Below are positions 14,401 to 29,332 of a DNA stretch of 64,000 nucleotides, piece after piece (position 1 is the first letter of the stretch; every line of letters starts with the position of its first letter). A model generated the notes under the pieces. That model searched no databases. It was not told the origin of the DNA and was given only the letters and a program-made list of their open reading frames with translations. The DNA lies in the NCBI GenBank assembly GCA_965153285.1, contig OZ229113.1; one strand, given 5' to 3'. The position numbers and the translations under genes were made by a program. Origin of the DNA: Podarcis tiliguerta (Eukaryota).

Positions 14401-17400
14401 TTTTGCTTCTTTCCACTTCATGGTTTTCAACTCCTTTTCCCAGTATTAATAGTGTCATTCTGCTTAACAGAGCTGCAGTACATAGGTGGCTTGGAAGTTT
14501 TCCCATGAAACAAAGCTTCTGATCTTTCACCATTTCAGGTATTTCACAATTCATACTCAGTCTTCCTTCCAAAAGTGGTTTCTTTAACCACTACAGCAAC
14601 ACATAGGAAGTAAAAAAATTGAATTTCATTTTCCCCCAGAGTCATACAAGATTGTAATTTTTTCATTACTGTTCACATAATAGAAATGTTGCATTAATAT
14701 TATACATTTTAATATAACAGTTAGCAACAACTGACTATAGTTAAAAGTTAACACATAAAACTAATTATCAAGAGACATATTTATGGCACATAGATAACAT
14801 GCGCTCTTCATGCAGAATCTGGTGGCCTGCTCGTTCATGTTGCTTTAGCCGCAACAAAAAATTGGTCCCAAGAAGTTAACTGCAAATGCTGACAGTAACT
14901 ATTCACTGTACAATGACACTGTGGAAACTTATATACCTCATTGGATAGAGATCCCCGCATCTTTTCCCATTCAGACTCACTTGGAGTGAGCCAATCAAAA
15001 TAATCCTTCAGAGTATAAGTAGGAACTTTATCAGCTTCCAAAAGTTTAGTCAACAAGTCATGAACTGCTGTGATCAAAACCTGCAAACTGTGAAGAAACC
15101 AGGTAATTAAAAAATAACGTATTTCACATCTTTCCATACAATGACATACCTTGAATGTTAAGACTCACACCTCCATTATTACGGCACCACTGAATTTCAT
15201 AACAATTTCATTTTAACTAGGTTTTGAAACCACTTTCAAATCTTGATTTAAAATCCTGGTGAAAAGACGAAGCCTTGTTAAAATTGTGGTAGCCCCAGCA
15301 AAGAAATTAAGCAGTGCACTGCTTACCTTTTAACATCCAGCGTTGAGGACTGAAGTTGGTTCTTGACCCAAAATGCAGATCTCTGCAGGAAGGTGCTGTC
15401 TTTATGCATATCGCTAAGATGTTGCACAAGTGAAGTTAAGCCACAGAACCATGTGTGCTTCAGCTTATTCACAAGGAAATCTACATCAATTAAAAAAAAA
15501 TGGCTGAACATTTTAACTTCTGAGCATAATGGGGAAGCATTAGTCATACTGCTAAATCCATTAGCATAAGAGCAGAATCCTATCCTTGAGCATGGGATCA
15601 CCCCCTCACATACTCATGGAAGCTACACACATGCAATCTGCAACACACACACACACACACACCATATGCCTCACAAAGGCTATGGGAAGTGCCACCTCAA
15701 GGCAGTCCAGGCACCTTGAGGCCGCAGCTCCCAACTGAGCCAGCTCCCTTGCTCCATGCCTTAAGTCAATGTACTTGTCAGTAGTGACAACTTTCAGAGG
15801 ATAGAATCTTTCCTCTGTCTTCCCTCACCTCATGCCAGCTTCTCTTCACTTGAATGTTGAAACTGCCACTTCCAGAGCGTTCAGGGATGATCACCAGCAC
15901 TTAGGCATTACTGGAAGCAATAATTTGCTTCAGCTGAATGCACCAGAAGAGGAACATAGCAACACAGGAAGTTGCCTTATACCGAGTTGTCTATACCATG
16001 GGTGGGAAACCTCCAGTCTATGGGCTAAATTTGGCCTGCCAGGCCTCCCCATTTGACTTGGGAGACCATTTCCCCCAAAACACAGTCTATTTGGAGGTGC
16101 TAGGAATTCAGCCAGGGACCTTCTGCTAGTAAAGCAAATGCTCTATCACTGACCGATAGCCCTTCCCCCATGGAAGTTCTATTGTGCAAATGGAAAGAAG
16201 CTGGAAGATACTGTTAAACTCCAACTCTCATCAGCCTTAGTAGCATAGTCAATGGTCAGGGAAGATGAGAGTCATAGTCCAGCATATGGTATCTTCAACA
16301 TATACTTATTGTGCAATACCTGACAAATGTGTTGTATCCTGGCTTTGTGCACACAACTGGAAAATGGTGAGCAACAAATCTTCTGATGATGGCATCAACA
16401 AGCATCCTTTAACTGAGCTGAAAAAGTTAGAGGCTATGTCACAGATGAAAGACACCGATGGTTCTGTGTTTCCAGCTTCTGAAAGATCCTTTGCTTTAGA
16501 CAGAGCTGCTTGAAGTTTATCAATAATCCTTTTAACATAAACTTCACCAATCAAGGACTCTATTGATGGGAAAAAAGCACATTTTAAGTTACTCCATGAT
16601 CAATGTGTGCATGCTGAAATTACAGTGCTTACAGCCTGAGGAAACTGGGCCAGCAGCTCTGAGATTCTTCCTTTGGCAGATAGGTAGGTAATACTGCACT
16701 TGTTTAGCTATAAGCCATTAAAAAATAGAAACAAAAAACACATGTAGCATTGAGTAGAAATTTAGCTCTCAATTTCCTGGTCCCCAACACAAATAATGAA
16801 GATTATGTTACCTTGTGTGTTCCTTTATCAAACAGCAAAAAAGCAAACAAACTTACTAGGTGAAACAAAGTTCTCCCTGAAACTAATCTCCAACAAATAT
16901 TTTTCATGGGGATCTTTATAAAGTGGGCACTGAATAATATAATGAACAATATCCTCTGTGACGGTTATACAAAATATGTTGTCTGAAGCATAATTTCTTA
17001 CAATGACCATCCAAAAAAGCAGAGGGCATCATATTAAATCTAATTTCTGCAAAAGTGTTCCTATGTGGAGCTAAGTTTAGTCTTCTGACTTAATGCATGG
17101 GTACAGTCGTGAAAATCTCAAGGAATGAAATAGTGAGCATATGAGTCAAAGAGTCTTTCCCATGTACAAAAATCCTTAGCTATGGTTCAGACATAGACTT
17201 GATCTTGGTCAACTGGCTAGCAAGATCTCTGCCAAGTGTATGTTAATCAGCTACTTGCTTTTGGCATTCCGTATCTCTGAAGCCCTGAACCTTGGCTTCT
17301 TACTGGGATCTTATAAAGAATAAATGCAATATTCTATTATTCACCTTAACACCACCATTGTCTCACACTTCCCACCCATGACAAGCCTGTCTGCCAGCTC

Positions 17401-20400
17401 TTGCAGTTAATTTTATTCTTTCCTCGGGTAAACTGAAGCCACCTACCATTTTTAATAAGCTGAGATAACACCAAGCTTAGAAGAGTCCATCTTTCTGAAT
17501 GAAAAGATTCTGCTGAAGCTACTGTCGTTTTCAAACTTGTGTTGCACAAGTCATCAGCCAGAGTTACAAGCTTTTCTCCTAACACATCTCCTTTCAGCCA
17601 AGCAGAACTCAATGAATGTTTCTCGGAGTTTGAGCATGCCTAAAACATTAAAAATACCAAAGTATATTTTAGTGGTGGTTTAATTATTTAATGTTCAAAT
17701 ATACTATACTACTTATTATAAATTATATAGACATGTGTCTATAGTTAATTACCAATTGTGCAAGTGATTCAGCACAGAAAGGGCTTTTTCATCTTAAGCA
17801 CACACAGAAAATGGGACAGATATTTACATAAAGTGCAATAAAACTGTCTGTTTAAATAATCTTAAATTCATGCTTCTCTGGATACAAAACTAGTATGTGT
17901 AAAAAAACTAACAAAAATCTTGAATATACCTTTTGAATTATCTGAAGAAGAATATTCCATTTCAGATCCATCTGAAACAAAAACAGAAAAAAGAGAGAAC
18001 ATCAACAATGTGATAAGCAGAAACTTAAAACAATTTGTGTGAAAAGTTTTACATTTATAGCCAATGCAGCATAATGGTTAGAGTACTGGACCAAGGTATG
18101 GGAGACCTAGGTTCAAATCTTCCCTAAGTTGAGCTCCTTGCAGGGATACAAATATTTTTACAAACGTACACATAAATCTGCTGCAAGAAAACTCCCTCCT
18201 CCCCTTTGCTTAGTATAACTGGACTGTTTCTTCAGAAGATCTGTTCTCATGAGTGCCAAACTGAGAGGCTTCCTTGCGGGTGGTTCTGCCTGTGGCACAT
18301 TTCCCCCCTTAAAGTAGCCATGTCGCACTGTCATCAGAAGCACGGCAGGTGGAAATGTGGGACAGAGCCTTCTCAGCTGCAGCACCCAGACAGTGGAACC
18401 CTCTGCCCCAGGTGACTGATTATGCTACTGATTTTGCTTGTGTGCTCCTCTCGATTTCTAAAAGTTTGCTAATTTTTTGAATTGAACTTTTTGAGGATCC
18501 TTTGGGTGAGAAAGCAGAGTTGTGTTCCACATTGCTGTTCTGCTTGTGCAGCAGACTCCCACTTGCGTCACTAAATATCCCCCTCCTTTTCTTTTTTGTG
18601 CAACCCCTAACTCATCCTCAAAATCTGCTCCAGGTGGTTGAGAGAGAACAAACTGGGCAATTTGGGGGTGCATGGAAAAAGGAGAGGAAGGGGAAGCACT
18701 GCTGTATAAGTGGATCTCCACTTGTGCTGTGTTGGATACAACCCTAACTTTCTAAATTTCAATATGAAATGAATAAATTAGCATAGGTTAGTATTAGACA
18801 TGTTTTTCTTAAAAAACTGATCAGCACCTGCTTATGAAACTATATTACTGCTACCAAGTTATTCTATTCTAATCCTAAATATCCAAAATGTTTCATTCCA
18901 AATCTCAAATTACATAAGAGAAAATTGATCCAAACTGTTAAACTCACCACCAGTCTACCAAATCATAGCAAATCAAATACAGTGGAACCTCGGGTTGCGA
19001 ACGTGATCCGTGCAGGAGGCACATTCGCAACCCGTGTCTGCACACGCGCATGACGCGCTTCTGCGCACACGCCAAAAACCGGAAGTAACCCATTCCGGTA
19101 ATTCTGAGTCTCGGCATGTCCGTAACCTGAAAATGTGCAACCCGCAGCTATCGCAACCTGAGGTATGACTGCAGTTCAGTTGGTAGGTAAGCATGAGACT
19201 TTTAATCTCAGGGCTGTGGGTCCAAGCCCCTCACTGGGTGAAGGACTCCTGCATTGCAGGGGGTTGGACTAGAATATCCTTGTGGTCCCTTCCAACTCTA
19301 CAATTCTATGAAACTTATTTTTAAGAAAGTGTACCTTTGTTAAGTCATTTAGAATGTTTTCTCTCTCTGGGGCACTGCTGCAGCAATGGAGGACACTATA
19401 CAAAATATCAACCAAGAAATCTGTCTCTTTTCTCCAGTCTTCTTTCAGCCAACCAATTAGATTTTCATAGAGAAACTGGATAGAAGGATTTTCATACTGA
19501 AGCTTTGCAAGTTCCTGAATACTGGTCCTATTCTCCAAAAGAACCTGGAAAACTCTACTGGAGGCAAAGTTACTGAGGAGAGCAGAGAGGAACTTTAAGT
19601 GCCGCTCAGACCTCTGTTCATTGGTATACACAATACTCAGTTCTGCAAGTTTACAAACTAAATCTTCTAAAGGCTCTTTCTGTAGAGGGGAAAGATGTTG
19701 TGCATGAATAAGAGTGCCAGGATCACTGCTGCTTCTCATATCAACAAAATTTTCATGTTCAGTGTTGCTTTCAGCTTCATCATCTTCTGCAAACCTGATC
19801 TTCACAGCTTTTCTTCTGCTTGGTTTTATCTTATTTTCTGGGTTCTGAAGGATTTGTAGCAAAGAGGACACAGCAGCCAAAGATTTCTCATCTGCGTCTA
19901 TTACATCAATGTGCCCCACACATATAGTTGAAAGGCCATCCCAAAAGTCCGACAATATTCTCCGGAAAGTGGGAGCAGCTCCATCACCACTTGAAATTTC
20001 TGCTCGCGTGCTCCAAAAGCGCAAGGTGTCTGCTACCTCAAAAAACAAAGGTCCATTTTGTAACCTGGGCTCTTTAATCACTGTGTCAATGAGGGGAACT
20101 AGCTGTAAAGAGAAAATACATTCATTTTAGTGCAGAGATTAAAGTAGGGCATGATGTAGAAAATGTTGTTCACTACAAAATGTGACCCTTCCTTTTGGTG
20201 ATTTCCACCCACACACCCAAGTATAGTGAAAAGCAGGGTGGGAGAGGGAGAAGTGGGATGTGTCCAGGCTGCTACTGTACCTAATTTGCTGTGCTGTTGC
20301 CATAGGCAATGAAAATCGTCACAGCAAACAGAAAACTTAACAAAATGGGGGTTGTGAGAAGGAGAAGAGAATGGTATAGCTAGGTCTGCCATACGTCTGG

Positions 20401-23400
20401 GATTTCTGGAAGGTGTCCAGTAGAAGTCCCGTTTGGGGGTGTTTTTGTAAACACCCAAAGCTTTGGCGTTTGTCTAAAAAGAGCTCAACAGTTGTGGGGT
20501 CTTCCTAAGAAAAGCTCAACAACTTTCAAGGTGTCCTGGATTTTACTTTTTGAAAGATGGCAACCCTAGGCATAGCTACAGCAGCAGCAACAGTGAAAAG
20601 GCACAGATAAATATAAATATTCTGAAAGGTATTTACCATAGACCTAGTTCATTTAGCTAACTGTTAGCACAATCCTTAACAACAATGAGCTGGAGGGGAT
20701 GCACATGAGCTGCCCTCCCCAGTTGATTGACAGGGTGAGGGGAGTGTACTTGCCAGCACCAAACAGCTGTTTAGTAGACGGAGGGAAGCACAACGGTCGG
20801 TCTAAACTGGGCTCCCCACAGTCTGCCAAACAACTAGTTGGGGAGCTCAGGTGAGAACTGTGGGTGGGTGTGAATTTGCCTGTAACTTGAGTAACTCAAG
20901 GCAGGCTGTAAGGAATGCTTGGTGAGCTAACAGGGGAGTGGGGTGGAAGGAATTTAAGTTGCTGGGTAGCTGGTAGTGAACTTGGAGCCTGTGGGTTGCC
21001 CACCTGTGATCTAACATATTTATTTGTTTTGCCCTAGGAAGTTTTGCAGTCATAAAGGTGGTGAAGAGGGCCACTTGTGGCAATCTCCTATTCAAAATCC
21101 TTGCATCAGAGAGTATTTTAGCCATTTCATTACAGACGTTTAGGCAACTGGCTCAAACTCAAATTACTAAAAATTATTAGAAGTAAACGATATATTCCCA
21201 TGAAAAAATACCTGATCATTTATAAGCATTTCTTGAATTTTAATTTCTTCTTCTTCTTCACCTATATTCTGTTGCACTGTAAATCGTAAACATTCCATGA
21301 AAGCCGAAAGGATTGCTGAACATTCTGAACGGCTAGCCATAGCCCTTTCAGTCAACAACCTAGACAAACACAAAATTGAGAAACATAATAAATTTCATTT
21401 ATAGTTTTGAATTCAAATGTAATCAAAGAGCCTGATTTAACTAACAGTTCCCACTAGTAGATGCCTGCAAGCTTGTGCTGATAGAACGGTCTCCTTAGCG
21501 CTATGTTGAATTCTTCCCAATGAATGCTATAGCTTTACACTGTGCTGAAAGTGCACTGATTGGAAAATCAGAAGCACAGAACTAGATTAGAAGAACAAAG
21601 AACAATATTTTAAAAATAGTAATCAATGTATTACTATGATGGGTGCATTGAACTATACAGAGCACTGTTGTTTAGCATCTACAATTGTAAAATGTGTTTA
21701 AATTATGGGATGCATTTAATGGTGTCACACAGCAGGTGAAGTAGATCTGGGGAGCGAAGGTGGAAATGGTCTCCCTTCCTGCAACACCACTGGATACGAC
21801 CCATTTGGATATTACCCACTATACATTCCCCTTCATTTCCAAACACGCATAAGGCGATCTTTAATCAAAAAAGAACTAGTTGTTCATACCCTTGAATTAT
21901 GGTGGTGAAAAATGTTCTACAATAGTCCAGCTTCGGTTCTGTAATACCATGAGGTATCTTGCTAATGAAAGGCAAGAGATTAGGATATATAATTGTAGCA
22001 AGACCACGTCCTCCTTCTCGAAGAACGGCCCATATTTTTGGCAGGACTCCCTTTTTTGCATTCACATGACTCCAACAATCCTACAGAACAACACAAGGTT
22101 CAGAAGTAATTTAAAGACTACTCAGCTAGCTTGGAAAGAGCAACCTAACAAATGCACAATCTATTTCATGGGCCACACTGCAAAAGAAGCATGCTAATTT
22201 GACGTACTCACAAATTTGAAAGTTAATGAACATTCTAAGAGACAACAGGAAAATAAATGTTAAGTGCGGTGATATTTAAGCAGAACTTAAACTAGACCTC
22301 TTTTCAGGAAGTCGGGACCTATATAATATTTGCTTCTACATCAAAGTAATGACATAGTTTTATGGACTCAATTTTCCACGTTTTTGAAATTAATATTCAG
22401 CCAAGTAATCAAACTTTTGCAGAACTACTCAGCCTACATTTCACAAATTGCAAGTTGTAATAATTGTGGGTTCTGGGTCTACATAAACAGATCTACTGAA
22501 ACTGATCTGTGAATTATCAGTCTAATGAAAGAGTCAAAACGTCAGAGGTTTTTGAGTGTGCTAGCTGAACTAAAGAGAAGCATGCAGTGGGACTAAGCTT
22601 GTGCCTACGCATTTAATAATATCAATTACTTTTCAAGAAGCATGGTCTGCATACATGGGTAGGCAAACTAAGGCCCCGGGGCCAGATCCGGCCCGCAGAC
22701 GGTCCAGGAATGAGTATGTTTTTACACGAATAGAATGTGTCATTTTATTTAAAATGCATCTCTGGGTTATTTGTAGGGTATAGGAATTTGTTCATATTTT
22801 TCTTCAAAATATAGTCCGGCCCCCCACAAGGTCTGAGGGACAGTGGACTGGCCCCCTGCTGAAAAAGTTTGCTGACCCCTGGAAACAAGTCCCTGAGAAT
22901 TGTGAGAAATAATGCTTCCATTTAGCCCACTGTATTACCTCAATAGCAGTAAGGACATAAAGTGCAGCTTCCCAAAGAGCAGGGCAAACAATGGCATCAC
23001 TGTCATCAATGCTGAGAAGAACCGCTGGGCAAACTCTTGAAGCTTCAGCTTTCATTGACTCAGGAATGTACTGACAAAAAGCAGAAATCAGCTCAAAAAA
23101 AGCTGAACGAACCTGAAGGAGAGGAAGGAGAGGGAAATTTAAACATTTTCAAGCAGACACTAGGTTTATGACCTCCATATCTAGGGCAATCCATGTAAAA
23201 ATTCAGCAATGTATATGAAAGGCAAAAAAAAAAGTGAATGAAAGCAAAGGGTTCAGAACAGATAATCATGACTGACGCCATTTTTTAAGATCCGTTTTAG
23301 AAAGTGGACAAAAAGATAAACATACCGGTGGTGAGTTGTGCTTCCCATATTTCCAAAATTTGTTTTGAGTCAGCAGAGGTTTAAGTTTCTCCTCCAATGA

Positions 23401-26400
23401 ACTATTCTCATTACTGGGTAACATACAAATCAATTTCTTTAAAGCTAACAAAGAACATGTTAGAATTCGGAAGAATTTGGCCTCCCTTTCTTCCTCTGGC
23501 ACAGTTCTATTAAAACAAAAGAATTGAATATATAAGCTATATAGTTTTACAGTTCAGTCATGAACATAATTTTCATATTTGATTTTAAATCATTTGTTAA
23601 AAAGGATAGCACAACCTCACTCTGAAAGCTAGTCCTTCTCTGAATATCCCACATTGTACATATACATAAAAATATCAATCTGAGAGGTCTGAGAAACAGC
23701 ATTAGTCTTAGAAATAATGAAAAGTTTTTTACTAAGCATCACTACCAACATTGCACTACCAAGTTAAATCCATCTTCTAATTCACTCTAGGCATCATATG
23801 TCCTTTGTCAGGAAGCAAAATTATAACAATTTTTTTCGAGCATAAGTTCTCACAAGCAAACTAAACTACTAGACCAATCGGCATTGACTGTGAAATATTA
23901 AAGAGAAGGCAGTGTTCTAAACATACTATTGCTTTAATCCAGAAGTGCTCTGAAAGCAAGATAGATATATGGTACACACAAAACTCCCACATATGCAAGG
24001 GCTTCTGAATGAGGAAGTCTCCTTTATATATATGCACACAAAATTCTGGACAGGGAGAAATGCTTCCCATAATTTGATATAATGGATCTGAAACATGCTT
24101 CTAAGTTTTACATATTTATTGTGAATCAATACAAAACAAACATATTTATACAGAGGTACGTACAGTGGATCACTTAGTGTATCAGGTGTTTCTTTCAAAA
24201 GGTGATCTTGGAGTACCTAGAGAAGAATCAACTAGATGTCCTTAAATGGAAAATAAAATTATGCAGTCCTCATAGAAAAGTTAATATTAAGTTTTATAAA
24301 CCAAAACAATTACAACATTTTGTTTCTTTCATCTTAGAATTTCCAAACTGCAAATCACTTCGAAATTAATGAGGAACAAATGTGTGACTTTGTGTATTTT
24401 TTCCTTCTTAGTTAAACAAGCTCAACTATGCATCACAGCTTCTATTTTGATAATATCAGCAGCTACAAGTAAAAATGACCAACAAGTAAAAATGAATTTG
24501 CATTTGTAACACCCTTTCTCTCTCACTATTATTCACTGCCTAAATTGGAGCGTCACAATGCATTATGAAGTATTATGATGGGTATGAGCTGCAGCAAGTC
24601 TTGGATTCACACATTCCTGCCTCCCGCTCCTGTGTGGTCAAGAAAATACGTAAAAGCTTTTCTTTTGTTTTTAGTAAAATAACAGCCTTCCTTTCCATCT
24701 GAACTGGGGATTGTAGTTTAATACTAAGTCTCAAAGCAAGTCCACTTCAAACCATGGGTTATGAAATTGGTTTGTCTTGAAACTAATTATAGTGTAAACG
24801 ATGATCCTGGTTTTAAGACAAAACTTTCTCTGTCCATACTACATCTGAAATAATTAAGAAAAGAACAGAATATATATTTGATGTAATTAAGAATCAAACT
24901 CAAAACTAGATGCATATCTAATGTGACAACAACAATAACTTATTATTTATACCCCGCCCATCTGGCTGGGTTTCCCCAGCCACTCTGAGCAGCTTCCAAC
25001 AAAATATTAAAAATACATTAAAACACCAGTCATTAAAAGATTCCCTAAACAGGGCTGTCTTCAGATGTCTCCTAAACGACAGATAGTTGTTTATTTCTTT
25101 GACATCTGATGGGAGGGCGTTCCACAGGGCGGGCGCCATTACCGAGAAGACCCTCTGCCTGGTTCTTTTCACTCTTTTAAAAAGCCAAAACGCAACTAAC
25201 ATAAACCTTTAACATAGTCATACAGACTGGAAAACTCACATTCAGAATTTCATCTTTACAAAATACTAAGGCTTCAGGCTGTTTGCTTGGTGGAAAGGCT
25301 TTTTCAAATGCCACTTTAGCTGCTGACGCTGCAGGAGAGTAAGTATCACACTGCGCTATCAGCCAGTGTCCCATAAGACTTCTTAAATGAGGAGCCAAAT
25401 GTTTCTTAACTTTCAAAATAAGCTGCTCAAAAGCTTGCTGTGTTGCTTCTCTGACCCGACGATCATGATCCTACAATAAATATTGGGGGGGAAACTATAG
25501 GTAACTATAGATATAAATAAACAAGCATACTATACAGTACAAGTGTATCACTTAAGAGCTCAGTATTTATATTAGTCTCTCAGCTTCTGGGGCAAAAAAT
25601 CAAAAGGTACTTGGCATCAATCCTGACATTTAAAAACCAAGGTAAAGGGACCCCTGACCGTTAGGTCCAGTCGCGGACAACTCTGGGGTTGTGGCACTCA
25701 TCTCGCTTTATTGGCTGAGGGAGCCGGCGTACAGCTTCTGGGTCATGTGGCCAGCATGACTAAGCCGCTTCTGGCGAACCAGAGCAGCACACGGAAACGC
25801 CATTTACCTTCCCGCCAGAGCGGTACCCATTTATCTACTTGCTTTTTGACATGATTTTGAACTTCTAGGTTGGCAGGAGCAGACACCGAGCAACGGGAGC
25901 TCACCCCGTTGCGGGGATTCGAACTGCCGACCTTCTGATCAGCAAGACCTAGGCTCTGTGGTTTAACCCACAGCACCACCTGCATCCCTAAACCAAGGTA
26001 TACAACATTATTTCAAGCTTTCCCATACTCCTTTGTAAATATGAGTCGTTCATAAAGCACTAAGTAGTTCTATACCAAGTCACAAACTTTCTTCAAAACT
26101 AATCATGCCCACCCCCAGTACAATAGAACCGTGCACTGATTTCTTTGACAACTGTCAGATATAAACCTGTCCATATTTGCCATAATCCAAGAGGTTAATA
26201 CTTACAACAGATATTTTACAATAAATTCTAGGCCAATAAGGTAGGACTCCTTTAACAATCTCTGTTTCTCTCTCCTTACACATTGTTCCAAATTCTTGCA
26301 TAGCCTGAAATTAAAAAAGAGAAAATGAGCATGAATTCCAAACACTGATAATCTATTATCCTTCCCATATGCTTTATGACTGCACTTGTCTGTACACATG

Positions 26401-29332
26401 CAACTTTAAAGACTAGGGTAACCTTTTCCACATCACTTTCCATCAGCTCTGGATAACTATTTTACAGAACATGCTAAAACCATGTAAGGCCTAAACAACA
26501 TATAAAAGGAAGGATATCAAGTATTTGTTGAAATCCTCCATTCCTACCCTTCAGCTACTATCAGTGCAAGCATATATGCATTTCTCTGTGAGTAAGTCCC
26601 ACAAGTCCCACTCAATTCAGTGGGACTTACTTCTGAATATACACATGTATTGGATATACAGCCTAGAACCTTGTGAATCACTTGGTAACCCAAAGGCTAA
26701 GGGTGAATTCTATCCACAATTACTTGAGAGTAAGTTCAACTGAGTTATAATGGGATTTATTTACGTGTAAACAAGCTACATCTCTTGTTGACATACATGG
26801 GACTTGCATCATGATATTATACTTAGTTTACGTAAGCAAGCCCCATCAAGTTTAAAAGTTCTTAATTTCAAATAAAGTTGCAATCCTAGGCTCGCCTAAC
26901 CATTAAAATATGCAGCTAAACAAATCACACAATACCCTATAGTGCAACAAACCATTTGTTAGAAATAAACTGAAAGTAACTGTTTCTTTCTTCGGTGTAT
27001 TTCTATCCTCATAATATTTGTCTAAACTTAAGTAGCATATCAATAAATAATTACTAGGCATTTAAGAGCAAACCTACTTTTAATTTGGTTGTAACATCTC
27101 TCTTGGAAAGTTTTCTCAGCACCATTCGAAAGTCAGCATCCACAAGGCTATCTATTTCTTCAGCGCCTTGAATCGCAGGGACATAGCCTAGGTCACTTGA
27201 AGATGTGCCGAAGCCAACAAACCCAGGAACACTTCCTCGTTCTTTGGCAAGAAGTTCTGCTGCTCTACCACTGCTAGAGGGCTATTTTTTTAAAGAAAGG
27301 GAGAGAGAAACGCAGAGCTTACTTTTACAGAACAATTCTAAAATTTCTGTTTACCGACAATTTGGGGGCATATTTTTGTGCCCCAACAGCTGCAATTCTT
27401 TATCTTATGACTGAAAGAACTAATCCAACTGGCCCAATACCATTATTCTCATTAGTTGCACTGCTACTTGTTCAAATCTTAACCCAACACGTATTTTCTG
27501 TGCTCACAACTCTATTCTCTCTAGAAGTCTACATTTTAGATAAATTCCAAAAGAATAGCCATGCAAGTCTGTTATAGCAAAAACAACAAGTCATGGAATC
27601 TTAAAATTATCACAATAATTATATTTGTCCTTAAGCTACTACAGGATTCTTGTTATGTTTACATTTAGAACAGTTTGGACTGCATTGCTGGGGAATTCTT
27701 ACGACCATCCCTCTCCTGCCAGATACACACAGTGACCCCGTTAGCACATAACAACAAGCCAAACCAGGGCTTAACAAGAACATGTGAGTGTGAAGGTTCC
27801 CGGAGAACAGATCACAGTGATTTTGCCCTACATTTCAACAATGGGGGAAACAAAAATGGAGAGCAGGAAAAGACAAATATAACAAAGCTACAGAAGCCTT
27901 GTTCAAACACTGATCATAGGTAGGAATGAGCACACGGGCACAAGAACTGGGAACACACCAGCAAGTGCCATCCCCGATTTCCACACATTCAGCAGATTAT
28001 GCACAATGTCCACACATTCTATTTTTCAAGGATATTCATAAGGGACTGTACACATGTGGACTTTTTGCACTAGTTCCAAAAAATGTGGAGTTCAAAGGTG
28101 GGAAGAGTAGAGTGTCAGTAAGAAGCCAACCCCCTACTTCCTGCTTGGAATAAACACTTGAATATTGTTGAGGAGGGGGGAATGGGAAACAGAAAGATAA
28201 TACAGGATGATCTTAAAGCAAAAAATCTATGCAGTTAATTACATTTAAGCCTGTTAAAAATCAAGGCTCTGCAAAGCTTCTGGCTACCTTATCCTCACAA
28301 GAAACCTGTAAATTGGTTGGGCTGAAGTATTGTGTGAATACAGATAACCATTTAATTGCAGCAACATACCATAAGGTACATGTAATTGCCTGGAAAACTC
28401 TCAATCTGTATTGTTGTACAAAGTGAGAAGAATAATTTTACCACATTTCAACACCTAACTTAGAAACTTGGGGAGCAGAAGAGTGCTAAAAGTCTCCTTA
28501 ACACTTGACAGGGCAATACAGATGACAAGATTACCAGTTTGATAATTTACAACTTGGTATACAGCTGCCCGTGTTTATGTGTAGTGATCTGAGCTTCATT
28601 GCTAAGCACAGATTGGAACACATGTCACGCCCAGTACTCTTATCCACCATATCAGGAATATATTACACAGGTAAGTGTGTTAACTGAACACAGATTAGCT
28701 GTACTCACAGTAATAGCAGGAAAAGAGGCTGAAGTAGGAAGGAATGGAGCCATTCTTTACACTACATGTTTATGGCAAAGTGGCGAGGGAAACCGATTCC
28801 TGTAAGTTCAAAAACGGAGCCAAGGACAGCGGTTCTTCCGCACTAATTGTCATATACAAAGTCAAGATCATATGGACGTGGCGTGACCAAAGAAAATCAA
28901 GAAGCCCTAGCCCAAAAAAACTTGTCCTCTGAGAATTGTCGTGCTTTCAACTCTCCTTAGTGTCCAGATCACACTCAAATCAATATTTACAAACTTGCAA
29001 CCGCTAAAAGGCCCCGGATAGGAAGAATTCATCCTCCCTTTGGAGAGGGTTTTATGATGCTTGTGTTGGCATAGGCCGCCTCTTTCCCCCGCTCCTCCCT
29101 GCCCCGACAGACGTTGAATCACGCAGCCCTTGAAAGAGAAGGCTGTGGGAACAGGCTCTCATACACGTGTACGCCAAGGGGAAAGCAGGCCCGCGCTGGA
29201 TGGGGAAAGCTGTTGCCGTTTTGATACAGTTTCCCTCCGGGGGCGAAGACATAACATACCCACGTACACACGCGCCCCTCCCTCACTCACCCGCACGTTG
29301 CCCTTCGTTCGCTGCTTGTTCTTGCCTCCCAT
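2421..29332 (-). CDS. LTN1: E3 ubiquitin ligase listerin (ribosome quality control), complete, 30 coding exons, 1763 aa
   Basis: Starts [14 protein letters not shown] in a strong Kozak context (GCCGCCGCCATGG). Ends with the RING region [32 protein letters not shown]|[20 protein letters not shown]. Exons 5'->3': 29291-29332, 27078-27281, 26206-26304, 25240-25470, 24164-24216, 23326-23506, 22939-23112, 21890-22080, 21212-21359, 19335-20102, 17930-17971, 17447-17639, 16320-16559, 15327-15480, 14937-15087, 14389-14590, 12941-13100, 12598-12702, 10919-11061, 10362-10497, 9884-10025, 8947-9160, 8005-8242, 7234-7308, 6197-6383, 5325-5496, 4985-5205, 4188-4382, 3018-3185, 2421-2483. All introns are GT-AG, phases are consistent, total 5292 nt. 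Confidence 0.97.
3478..3823. mobile_element. Tc1/mariner (Tigger-like) MITE
   Basis: TIRs CAGTGGTGCCTCGCAAGACGAA / TTCGTCTTGCGGGGCACCACTG with TA target duplication. Internal TTAGCG-like repeats. Confidence 0.85.
11480..11985 (+). mobile_element. Degenerate L2 LINE 3' fragment
   Basis: GGCATTTTCAGTGCTGTCCCCATCATTATGGAACTCC (AFSV..P.LWNS-like) and GTGAGCCACCTT tail. Confidence 0.5.
15642..15662. repeat. (AC)n microsatellite
   Basis: About 10 AC units. Confidence 0.85.
16830..17330 (-). mobile_element. Degenerate non-LTR retrotransposon 3' fragment; extent approximate
   Basis: [13 protein letters not shown] resembles the zinc-knuckle region at the end of non-LTR ORF2 proteins. Confidence 0.4.
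18980..19171. mobile_element. Tigger-like MITE
   Basis: TA|CAGTGGAACCTCGGGTTGCGA ... TCGCAACCTGAGGTATGACTG. Same family as 38020-38201, opposite orientation. Confidence 0.75.
19172..19310 (+). mobile_element. tRNA-head SINE with CR1-like 3' tail
   Basis: tRNA-like CAGTTGGTAG...GAGACTTTTAATCTCAGGG... followed by GGGGGTTGGACTAGA...GGTCCCTTCCAACTCTACAATTCTATGA. Confidence 0.7.
22654..22881. mobile_element. hAT/Charlie-like non-autonomous element
   Basis: Imperfect TIRs CATGGGTAGGCAAACT / AGTTTGCTGACCCCTG. GGCCC-rich subterminal motifs. No TSD visible. Confidence 0.65.
24930..25165 (-). mobile_element. L2 LINE 3' fragment
   Basis: Translates [36 protein letters not shown], a typical L2 ORF2 C-terminus, and ends in AATAAATAAT-type repeats. 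Confidence 0.8.
25645..25989 (-). mobile_element. Sauria SINE, full length, in LTN1 intron 3
   Basis: tRNA-like head GGGATGCAGGTGGTGCTGTGGGTTAAA...GGTTCGAATCCCC and CCCTTTACC tail. 11-bp TSD AAACCAAGGTA at 25634-25644 and 25990-26000. Confidence 0.88.

Noticed and set aside
19172-19250. tRNA-Lys-like sequence
   Set aside because: Degenerate and fused to a CR1-like tail, so it is a SINE head. The same applies at 38875, 39333 and 25989.
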